NCBI GenBank assembly: GCA_016839785.1 | Contig: JAEOTQ010000142.1 | Location: 1 to 17,198, forward strand | Length of the DNA: 17,198 nt | Source: Candidatus Hodarchaeota archaeon | GTDB taxonomy: Archaea > Asgardarchaeota > Heimdallarchaeia > Hodarchaeales > Hodarchaeaceae | Direction of reading: 5' to 3' | Shown: positions 8,725-16,599 of the stretch, in pieces | How the letters are laid out: each line of letters opens with the position of its first letter | How positions within the stretch are numbered: the stretch's first letter is position 1 | Notes under the pieces: model-generated | Seen by the model: only the letters and a program-made list of their open reading frames with translations | What the model was told of the DNA's origin: nothing | Databases searched by the model: none | Position numbers and translations under genes: made by a program

Positions 8725-8919
8725 TTACTCTATACTAGAATATGTTTGCTGCAGCTCTTCTACGATTGCAATAGTCTCTTGATCAAGATTTTTCCCTGTT
8801 ATAAATGCGAATCCTCTATCATCAGGGTGAAATGTAACTTTTCCTACCGCCAATTCAATAACCTGTTTTGCATCTCGCGTCTCGATCTCTGCCTCTAAAG
8901 CAGAAGAGAGAGCTTGCAT
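8725..8919 (-). CDS. Small acidic hypothetical protein (64 aa from ATG 8919; 81 aa if initiated at ATA 8970)
   Basis: Protein-like alpha/beta composition; directly downstream of and co-oriented with the PLD gene. GGAG lies 8 nt before ATG 8919. The frame stays open upstream to the stop at 8992-8994, with GGAGG 8 nt before ATA 8970. Confidence 0.65.
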   Translation of the reverse strand: MQALSSALEAEIETRDAKQVIELAVGKVTFHPDDRGFAFITGKNLDQETIAIVEELQQTYSSIE

Positions 8920-8966
8920 GAAAAGTTCTCCTTTTTCCCAAGATGATAGTTTAAATTTAATTTTCG

Positions 8967-10439
8967 TTATTTCCTTTGCCTCCGAATTAATTTAATTGAG
9001 AAAACAAATAGCATCAGAGAGAACCATGAGAAAGGAGTATCCTCAGTCGTTGTTGTATCGGGAATTGTTGTTGTAGTACTGTGAGACGAAGTTTCTGTTT
9101 GAGTAACATAAGGGGGATTTTCTCCATCTATCCAATCTGCGTTAAATATCGATAGATAGTAAACCGCAACATTTGTATTTTGTATTACCATTCCTGCTTC
9201 ACGATTATTTGTAAAAGCATTTTCACCAAAATTTATCGATGATAGGAGCGTAACTTCGCCATCGACGATGAGGAGTTTATTATGCGTATCAGATAAATAA
9301 TCGCCAGTACTACTAGCTGAATTTCCCATCCATTTTACTTCAATACCTTTGTTAGCAAAATACTCAGTAACTTCATCGGAATCGCTGTCTTCGTTCACTT
9401 GCACACGCACCTTAACACCACGATTATGGGCATCAACGAGAGCTCTCACAAGTGGAGAAGGATCGTCATCCCAGGCAACATTATCATCAAATTGTGTAAT
9501 ATATTGGTTTTGAATTTCTATGGTGGATGTTGCGCTATCAATCCATGCCTTATGGATATCTAATGCATTATCAGGCGTAAACATTGGACTCAGAGTCATA
9601 GATTCCTTTAAATTTAGTGAGTTAAATGTAGGATGGTATAGTCCTGTAGTACTTATCTTGGGTGTAATATCCGAAGAGTTGTGTGCTTTGAATGATGACT
9701 CAATACTAGTTGGAGTCCAAACATCTGCGACTGCAACGTCTTTCTCCCAAACCTCATTTTTGAAGAACATGGCAATATCTGGCGCATCATGAACTACAAT
9801 CCCCATGTCTCGATTTCCTTTTGAGGAGGCATAAGAATCATCCTCATACGTTGTAACACTTCTTGGACTCCAATTTCCAGAGTAAACGAAGACATGTTTG
9901 TCATCAATTATCCAGTATTTTGCATGATAAAACCCATCGACTTTGTCATCGTCTTTTGTTGAATTAAAAACTGGTATGCCATTATCAACAAGGGATTGGG
10001 CAGCAGCTGCCGTGTCTTCATTCTCAGAACTGCCAACTCTTCTATATGAGATTAAAACGCTAATGTTTATCGATGGATTATTATTTTTTAAGTCAATTAA
10101 TGTCGCATTAAAATCAGGCCTACTAATAGTATACATAGAAACGAATATGGAGGATTCTGCGGTCGAAAGATAACGAAATATTACCTCTTCTGCATTATCA
10201 GGGTTCGCAAACAATGTTACATTGTATGTACCTGTAAAATTTGTTTTGGGGATGTCCGTATGACTTGGGTAGAGTGAATAAATCCGAGGTTGAAGTTTGG
10301 AAGCCTCTTGAGAAGAAAATTCATCTGAAAAAATAAAATTATTTCCATTTATGAACTCTTTTCCTTCAATCATAAGAATTAGGAAAGAAAAGGTTATTGT
10401 AAAAGCAATAAGTAAAGCGAATTGTCTAAATTTTGACAT
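8967..10439 (-). CDS. Secreted, C-terminally anchored phospholipase D/nuclease superfamily protein with two HKD domains, 490 aa
   Basis: HAKYWIID..SGNW and HNKLLIVD..SSINF motifs; internal duplication around PDNA; N-terminal signal/TM; Thr-rich linker, then TPF, TM helix and RRQRK. SD GAGG upstream of the ATG. Confidence 0.9.
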   Translation of the reverse strand: MSKFRQFALLIAFTITFSFLILMIEGKEFINGNNFIFSDEFSSQEASKLQPRIYSLYPSHTDIPKTNFTGTYNVTLFANPDNAEEVIFRYLSTAESSIFVSMYTISRPDFNATLIDLKNNNPSINISVLISYRRVGSSENEDTAAAAQSLVDNGIPVFNSTKDDDKVDGFYHAKYWIIDDKHVFVYSGNWSPRSVTTYEDDSYASSKGNRDMGIVVHDAPDIAMFFKNEVWEKDVAVADVWTPTSIESSFKAHNSSDITPKISTTGLYHPTFNSLNLKESMTLSPMFTPDNALDIHKAWIDSATSTIEIQNQYITQFDDNVAWDDDPSPLVRALVDAHNRGVKVRVQVNEDSDSDEVTEYFANKGIEVKWMGNSASSTGDYLSDTHNKLLIVDGEVTLLSSINFGENAFTNNREAGMVIQNTNVAVYYLSIFNADWIDGENPPYVTQTETSSHSTTTTIPDTTTTEDTPFSWFSLMLFVFSIKLIRRQRK

Positions 10440-10714
10440 TATTAATCCTCATATCAGTTAAGCATTAAATACAAATGAAATTCTTGTTCAGTAATGTTTC
10501 AGTTAACGTATTTTTAACTTTATATCTCCTATCCTTTAAGAGAACATGAACTCAATTTTTAAAAAACATTCTGAACAATCACTCAATGAGTATCCTCGTA
10601 AACATGAATGATGAATATTATCGGCATATAAGTAATTTTCTTTGATTTTTCGTTAACTCCTCTGTCCAAAATGTTTAATTCTTTTAATCTTCAAACACCT
10701 AAATATAGTTAGAA

Positions 10715-10722
10715 TTTATATG
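10715..10722 (+). promoter_or_regulatory. TATA box for the amidohydrolase gene
   Basis: TTTATATG about 40 nt upstream of ATG 10761; SD GGAG at 10749-10752. Confidence 0.5.
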
Positions 10723-10760
10723 TGAATAAATCTGAATGAATTTTTTGTGGAGATATAACG

Positions 10761-12113
10761 ATGGAAAGTTTATTACTAAAAAATGGTTTAGTTGTAACCA
10801 TGAATGCAGATAATGAGATTAAATCACCTATGGATGTATTGGTCGAAGGAGGAAAAATTGTTAAAATTGATAAGGAAATCAAACAAGCCACTGATGAGAC
10901 ATTAAATTGTGAAAATCAAGTAATTTTTCCTGGATTCATTTGTGCCCATACTCATTTGTATTCAGCTCTTCTTCGTGGAGCCCCTATGGATATTTCACCC
11001 CCAACTGACTTTACTCAGAATTTACAACGAATCTGGTGGCCTATGGATGAAGCATTAACCTTGGAAGATGCGTATACCTCCACACTTTACGCTGTTTATG
11101 AATTGGCATTGAATGGAATTACTGCTTATCTAGATACATATTCTGGGCCAAACGCTATAGAAGGGTCACTTGATCGAATCAGTAAAGCTACTCAAGATGT
11201 TGGTACACGTGGAGCAATTTGCTTTGAGGCTACAGAGCGTCGTTCTGTTGAGGAAGGGAAAAGAGGATTGGAAGAGAATCGTAGATTTATCTCTCTGAAT
11301 AATCCTGAGAAATCATTAGTACACGGAATCTACTGTTTACATGCGTCTTTCACAGTCTCAGATGAACTGATTCATAAAACCGTTGAATACGCTGATAAAA
11401 CGAATTCATTCAAAACAATTCACACTTCTGAGGGACTAGTTGATCTGCAACATAATCTTGAACGATACGGGAAACGTACGGTTGAACGATTATACGATGA
11501 AGGATTTCTTGGACCAAGGACAGCACTAGCTCATGCAGTCCACATTAATCAACGTGAAATAGACCTAATTGCGGAAACAAATACAAATGTTGCCCATAAT
11601 CCAAAGAGTAATGAATTGAATGCCGTGGGTGTTGCACAATTGCCCGAGATGCTGGAAATGGGAATCAATATTGGTGTAGGGAATGATGGGTTCATCTACG
11701 ATGCGATAGAGAATATGCGGACTGCATACCTTATGCATAAATTGAATCATCTGAATCCCAGTCAGGTACCAACTCCTTTACAAGTTATTCAAATGATCAC
11801 GATTAATGCCGCCCAAGCGATTGGATTAAAGGATCAAATTGGCTCAATTGAAGTGGGTAAAAAAGGAGATTTTGTTATCTTAGATACCTCTGCTCTACCT
11901 ACCCCGATCCATGAAGGTAATGTCTATGGTCATATGGTCTACGGTTCATTCTCACGAAGAGACATCAAGCGAGTCATTGTAAATGGGAAAACGATTGTAA
12001 AAAATGGTATTCACACCTCTCTCGATGCCAGTGAAGTCAGTCAGCAATCGAAAGACTCTGCGATTAAATTATGGGATAGATTAGACTTAACACCACGAGT
12101 TGTTCCCCTTTAG
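10761..12113 (+). CDS. ssnA: Metal-dependent amidohydrolase, SsnA-like, 450 aa
   Basis: PGFICAHTHLYS (HxH), DF...WWPMDEAL, GSLDRI, CFEATER, EENRRFI, HASFTV, IHTSEG, AHAVH, HNPKSN and GNDG follow the SsnA subfamily pattern as I recall it. The superfamily is secure; orthology to ssnA is probable only. Confidence 0.85.
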   Translation: MESLLLKNGLVVTMNADNEIKSPMDVLVEGGKIVKIDKEIKQATDETLNCENQVIFPGFICAHTHLYSALLRGAPMDISPPTDFTQNLQRIWWPMDEALTLEDAYTSTLYAVYELALNGITAYLDTYSGPNAIEGSLDRISKATQDVGTRGAICFEATERRSVEEGKRGLEENRRFISLNNPEKSLVHGIYCLHASFTVSDELIHKTVEYADKTNSFKTIHTSEGLVDLQHNLERYGKRTVERLYDEGFLGPRTALAHAVHINQREIDLIAETNTNVAHNPKSNELNAVGVAQLPEMLEMGINIGVGNDGFIYDAIENMRTAYLMHKLNHLNPSQVPTPLQVIQMITINAAQAIGLKDQIGSIEVGKKGDFVILDTSALPTPIHEGNVYGHMVYGSFSRRDIKRVIVNGKTIVKNGIHTSLDASEVSQQSKDSAIKLWDRLDLTPRVVPL

Positions 12114-12173
12114 TCTAGGTAATTGCACACAGAGAGAAAATGATTATCACAGAAGGAACAAAAAGAGAAGAAA

Positions 12174-12674
12174 TTAGTTTTGAAGATTTTCCAATGCAGC
12201 AAAAATTTTCGCTTCATCGGGAGGGCCTTCATTTAATTCATGGGGGATATCAATATAGCGAATAATTCCTTCCTTATCAATAATAAAGATTGCTCTTTTC
12301 CCAAAACCTATTTTTGGAATGAAAGCATCATATTTTTTACTAACTTCACCTGTAGGCACCCAGTCAGCTAATAAGGGATATTTTAATCCTCCTAAAGAAT
12401 CAATCCATGCTATATGGACTGGTATAGAGGCTATTCCTATAGCTAAAACTTGAGTATTTAGTACTTCAAACTTATTGACCTGCTTACTATAAGAAGGAAG
12501 TTGATGTGAGCATACAGGAGTGAAATCTTGTGGGTAGAAGGCTAACATAACATTTTTTTTCCCACGATAATCTGATAGTCGAATTTTCTTTCCATCTTGA
12601 GCTGGGAGAGCAAAATCTGGGGCTTCATCACCCACTTTAAGTTTACTGTCACCTTGTATTATTTTTCTAGACAT
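12174..12674 (-). CDS. Peroxiredoxin (AhpC/TSA family, AhpE-like, single Cys), 166 aa
   Basis: VGDEAPDF, peroxidatic motif [10 protein letters not shown] (PxxxTxxC), [27 protein letters not shown] (12681-12685) favours ATG 12674 over the track start at 12704. Confidence 0.92.
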   Translation of the reverse strand: MSRKIIQGDSKLKVGDEAPDFALPAQDGKKIRLSDYRGKKNVMLAFYPQDFTPVCSHQLPSYSKQVNKFEVLNTQVLAIGIASIPVHIAWIDSLGGLKYPLLADWVPTGEVSKKYDAFIPKIGFGKRAIFIIDKEGIIRYIDIPHELNEGPPDEAKIFAALENLQN

Positions 12675-13036
12675 TTGTTTCCACCGTAATTGTTGAATTA
12701 ACAATAGTGAAATACCCTATTAAGCTTTACTCTACTAAATTTCAAATTATTTTAGCTCAAAAGTTGTTGAAGCAGATGTTAAACCAATTATAAGCCCAAA
12801 AAGAAGAATTAAAGTAAGAAATTGAATCATTCTCCTTTTCTGTATTAACAATTCACCTTAAAATGGAACAACAATTTCTAAAGGTTTTATCATGAGTGTA
12901 CTTGAAGCCCCCGTTCTTTTTGTGTGTATCTAGATATAATCCTCAGAGAAAGATGGAAAAGAATCGATCTTCTAGCATTGCATTAACTCAATAAGAAATT
13001 TGAAGCTAATCAATCGGTGGTGAGGTTACCCTAGAC

Positions 13037-13064
13037 TAGTTTTCCAAATCGAAAAGGAAAACTA
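13037..13064. promoter_or_regulatory. Perfect 9-bp inverted repeat upstream of carbamoyltransferase 1
   Basis: TAGTTTTCC-aaatcgaaaa-GGAAAACTA, ending 30 nt before ATG 13095. Confidence 0.4.
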
Positions 13065-13094
13065 ATACATTTTTAATTGTATCTAACATAAGGA

Positions 13095-14168
13095 ATGAGT
13101 AGTATGGTAGTCACAGAAGATTTAAAAGGGCGAGATTTTCTCACCATGACCGATTTTACACGCGAAGAAATTGAAACATTTTTGAGTGTAGGAATGGATC
13201 TGAAAAAGCGATTCACGATGCGTGAAGATCATCGACAGATCTTACCCGCGCAAACATTGTTCATGGTCTTTTATAATGATAGTTTACGGACAAGAAATTC
13301 TTTTGAAGCAGGAATGACTCAATTAGGAGGTCATGCCCACTTCCTAGAACCAGGTGCAATATATACACCAGCATTACCCGGAGACGAAATTGCGTACGAG
13401 ACCGAGAGGGTTTCTGATGTAGCGCGTGTTCTCTCCCGGATGGGTGATGCTATTGCAATTCGTATTTACGGAGGCAAATGTGGATGGATGTACGGAAAGG
13501 GTCAACAAATCCAAGAAAACTTTGCCTATTGGAGTAAAAAACCCATCATCAACATGGAATCAGATGTATATCACCCCTGTCAGGGAATGGCCGATGTAAT
13601 GACAATGTACGAAAAAAGTGGTCATAGTTTTAATAATTTGAAAGGAAAGAAATTCGTGATGAGCTGGGCTTATTCCGCAGGTCAAAAACCCATGGCTGTC
13701 CCCCAGACAGGAGTTCTTGCACCTTCCATGTTTGGAATGGATGTTACATTAGCATGTCCACCTGAATTTGATCTACATCCTGATATTATTAAGAAAGTGG
13801 AAGATTACACAGATATTCATGGAGGATCTTTTCAGATCGAACGTGATATGAAAACCGCTTTTGAGGGTGCTGATTTCGTATATCCCAAAAGTTGGGGTGT
13901 CCTAGAAGCACACGGTGTGGATGGTGTACGACCAGCAAAACCAGAGATTATGCCTGACATTATGAATAAATATAAGGACTGGAAAACAACCGTAGAATTA
14001 ATGGATGTGACCAAAAACGGTCGTGGCTACTATATGCATTGTCTACCTCAAGATCGAGGAATGGAAGTAGATGATGAAGTAGCAGATGGCCCCAGATCCA
14101 TCATTTTTGATCAGGCTGAAAATAGGCTGCATGCCCAGAAAGGGGTAATGGCCTGTATAATGCATTGA
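13095..14168 (+). CDS. Carbamoyltransferase of the knotted YgeW/N-acetylornithine-carbamoyltransferase type, 357 aa (start may be ATG 13104)
   Basis: Motifs SLRTRNSF, HPCQ, HCLP, QAENR. It lacks the ornithine-binding DxxxSMG and instead has YPKSWG and the loop KGKKFVMSWAYSAGQKPMAVPQ, which resembles YgeW. Confidence 0.9.
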   Translation: MSSMVVTEDLKGRDFLTMTDFTREEIETFLSVGMDLKKRFTMREDHRQILPAQTLFMVFYNDSLRTRNSFEAGMTQLGGHAHFLEPGAIYTPALPGDEIAYETERVSDVARVLSRMGDAIAIRIYGGKCGWMYGKGQQIQENFAYWSKKPIINMESDVYHPCQGMADVMTMYEKSGHSFNNLKGKKFVMSWAYSAGQKPMAVPQTGVLAPSMFGMDVTLACPPEFDLHPDIIKKVEDYTDIHGGSFQIERDMKTAFEGADFVYPKSWGVLEAHGVDGVRPAKPEIMPDIMNKYKDWKTTVELMDVTKNGRGYYMHCLPQDRGMEVDDEVADGPRSIIFDQAENRLHAQKGVMACIMH

Positions 14169-14197
14169 TTTTGGATAATGTTTCTTGTTTTTGAACT

Positions 14198-15439
14198 TTA
14201 TTCAGAAGGGGAAGGAGATTTCGTTATTTTTTCTTCTTTAAAAGCAACTAAGAGAATGAAAATCAATACTATTGTTACTACTGCAGCGACACCGAAATTA
14301 TATCGAATAGTTTGATTTAAGCCTGCAAATACTCCTCCAAGAATTGTGCCTATTCCAAATCCTAAGTTCTGACTACTACTAAAAATTCCCATGAAAGTTC
14401 CCCTTTTCTTTTCAGGTACACTATTTGTGATTAAAACAGGGCCTGTAACCATTAATCCAATATAAATCGGCAATGTATACGCTAGTGCAGGGAAAAAATA
14501 GTTATCAACTGAAATATACATTGTAATCCAGATTAGGAAGTATCCAACATAGCAGATGAGTAAAATAGGTTTATAGCCACGTTTTTCACCAATTATTCCC
14601 GCAATATGAGAGGCACCAGTCCCTAATAACGTTGCTATTCCAAATACCAAGCCTAATAAAGATGTTGGGGCACCAAGTTCTGATATGAAATATACTGAAA
14701 AAAACATTCCCCCAAAAGAGCCCTGTAAAGATTGAATTATACTTATTATAAATAGAATTAATAAAATTCTTGAGTTAAGCAGTATAGAAAAAATAGTTTG
14801 AGAATTATTCTCTTTAGGATTTGATTGATTCGGAAAAGACAGTACTTCTTTAGTTTTTAAGTTTCTAATGAAAAGAACAAGGAAGAATCCCATAATGCAG
14901 ATTATTAATCCAAGAAAATACAACAAATCCATACCAAATTCGTCAAGTAAATTGCCTCCGACATAAGATCCCAAAAAATAGCCGAAGGATGTTGAAGCAG
15001 CTAGGGCACCAAATAGATTCATCTTACTTTTTAATAAGCTTGTATATTTTAACACAGCAGGATTGAAACACGATAACAAGCTATAGAGTATAATGTAATC
15101 AATGAAGAATAGGAGTGGATCAGTTATAAATAACAATGTTACAAATAAAGTAATGAAAATAATGAATCCTGCGCTCATGACAATTTTTGACCCAATTTTG
15201 TCCACTACCCACCCAAAAACAAAAACCGAGACTACCATTGTTAGTAAAGGAATTCCATTAAGTAAGCCTGTTAAATAATAATCTCCTTGTGTGAGATCGA
15301 AAAAATAAGGACCAATAAAAGGTTGAATTAACCCCCACGGAATAGTAAAGACCATATTTATTACCAAGATCAAAACTATATTCCTGTCTAAAGAAGAGAG
15401 AAACCTGCTTTGAATTTTGGAATAAAGATTAATAGGCAT
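14198..15439 (-). CDS. MFS transporter, about 12 TM helices (track start 15472; ATG 15439 preferred)
   Basis: Motif A-like GWVVDKIGSK and its repeat GIIGEKRGYK; VPEKKRGTFMG; two hydrophobic halves joined by a hydrophilic central loop. Confidence 0.9.
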   Translation of the reverse strand: MPINLYSKIQSRFLSSLDRNIVLILVINMVFTIPWGLIQPFIGPYFFDLTQGDYYLTGLLNGIPLLTMVVSVFVFGWVVDKIGSKIVMSAGFIIFITLFVTLLFITDPLLFFIDYIILYSLLSCFNPAVLKYTSLLKSKMNLFGALAASTSFGYFLGSYVGGNLLDEFGMDLLYFLGLIICIMGFFLVLFIRNLKTKEVLSFPNQSNPKENNSQTIFSILLNSRILLILFIISIIQSLQGSFGGMFFSVYFISELGAPTSLLGLVFGIATLLGTGASHIAGIIGEKRGYKPILLICYVGYFLIWITMYISVDNYFFPALAYTLPIYIGLMVTGPVLITNSVPEKKRGTFMGIFSSSQNLGFGIGTILGGVFAGLNQTIRYNFGVAAVVTIVLIFILLVAFKEEKITKSPSPSE

Positions 15440-15600
15440 TTGAAATACCGCATTTGGAACCAGAAAAAGCATTGCTCTTAATAAATTGTCAATGCGGTAA
15501 TATTTTCCAATGCAAAAAATCCACTCTTAGTGAAACAAATTTTTGTATTATACATTCGAATCTTTAATCGAATATTATTTGACGAAAAACGGGTGATTTT

Positions 15601-16587
15601 ATGCTTAAACCACTAGTAGTAATCGCACTTGGCGGGAACGCCATGATCAAGGGGAAACAGAGAGGAACAGTTGAAGAACAGATAGAAAATATTACCGAAA
15701 CGGCAAATCAAATTATGAAAGTAATTCCGAAGTATCGGGTAGTAATTACTCATGGGAATGGTCCTCAAGTCGGAAACATTATGCTTCAGATGGAAGCAGG
15801 AAGTCATCCCCCTGTTAATCGACCTGTACTGCCCATGGATGTTTGTGGAGCAATGACTCAAGGACAAATTGGATATATGATTCAAAATATTCTAGGTAAC
15901 CTATTGTTGAAGGAAGGACCTCCTAGTAGGACAAATCCACAAGAAAAGATAAATGTGTCTACGATCGTTACACAAGTCGTTGTATCCAAAGATGATCCAG
16001 CCTTTCAGAATCCAACAAAGCCAGTTGGCCCCTTTTACTCTAAAGAGCAAGCTGATTCAATTAAATCAGATCATCCCGAGTTCACAATAATTGAAGATGC
16101 AGGTAGAGGATATCGGAGAGTTGTTCCATCACCTAATCCGATAGAAATATATGAAAAAGTTCAGGTTAATACATTACTTAAAGCAGGTTTTATCGTTATT
16201 GCAAGTGGTGGCGGAGGAATTCCTGTAATAAAAAATGAAGATGGTACTGTTCAGGGTGTTGAAGCAGTTATTGATAAAGATCTGGCTGGAGAAAGATTAG
16301 CCGTTGATGTTGATGCTGAAATTTTTGCTATACTTACGGATACGGATCGAGTTTATCTTAATTATAATTCCCCCAATGCAAAGGGAATCGATACTATAAC
16401 GCGTACGGAAGTTGAGAAGTATCTTGATGAAGGCACATTCGGAACAAGCCTGAAAGGAAGTATGGGTCCTAAGCTAGGAGCAGCATTGAGATTCTTAAAA
16501 GATGGAGGAAAAAAAGTTATTATAACTAGCCCAGAACTTGCTGCTGATGCATTGGAAGGTAAAGCAGGAACCACTATTACTCCATAA
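15601..16587 (+). CDS. arcC: Carbamate kinase, 328 aa
   Basis: Motifs IALGGNA, THGNGPQVG, AMTQGQIGY, DPAFQNPTKPVGPFY, GYRRVVPSP, GGGGIPV, EAVIDKD, GSMGPK. SD GGGTGA lies 4 nt before the ATG. Confidence 0.97.
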   Translation: MLKPLVVIALGGNAMIKGKQRGTVEEQIENITETANQIMKVIPKYRVVITHGNGPQVGNIMLQMEAGSHPPVNRPVLPMDVCGAMTQGQIGYMIQNILGNLLLKEGPPSRTNPQEKINVSTIVTQVVVSKDDPAFQNPTKPVGPFYSKEQADSIKSDHPEFTIIEDAGRGYRRVVPSPNPIEIYEKVQVNTLLKAGFIVIASGGGGIPVIKNEDGTVQGVEAVIDKDLAGERLAVDVDAEIFAILTDTDRVYLNYNSPNAKGIDTITRTEVEKYLDEGTFGTSLKGSMGPKLGAALRFLKDGGKKVIITSPELAADALEGKAGTTITP

Positions 16588-16599
16588 GAAATTTAGAAG

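Noticed and set aside
12174-12704. Selenocysteine peroxiredoxin, as known in some Asgard archaea
   Set aside because: The peroxidatic codon is TGC (Cys) and there is no in-frame TGA.
13095-16587. Standard arginine deiminase pathway (arcB/arcC) or biosynthetic argF
   Set aside because: No arcA in the window, and carbamoyltransferase 1 lacks the ornithine-binding SMG motif while carrying YgeW/AOTCase-type motifs. This cannot be fully excluded without the rest of the genome.
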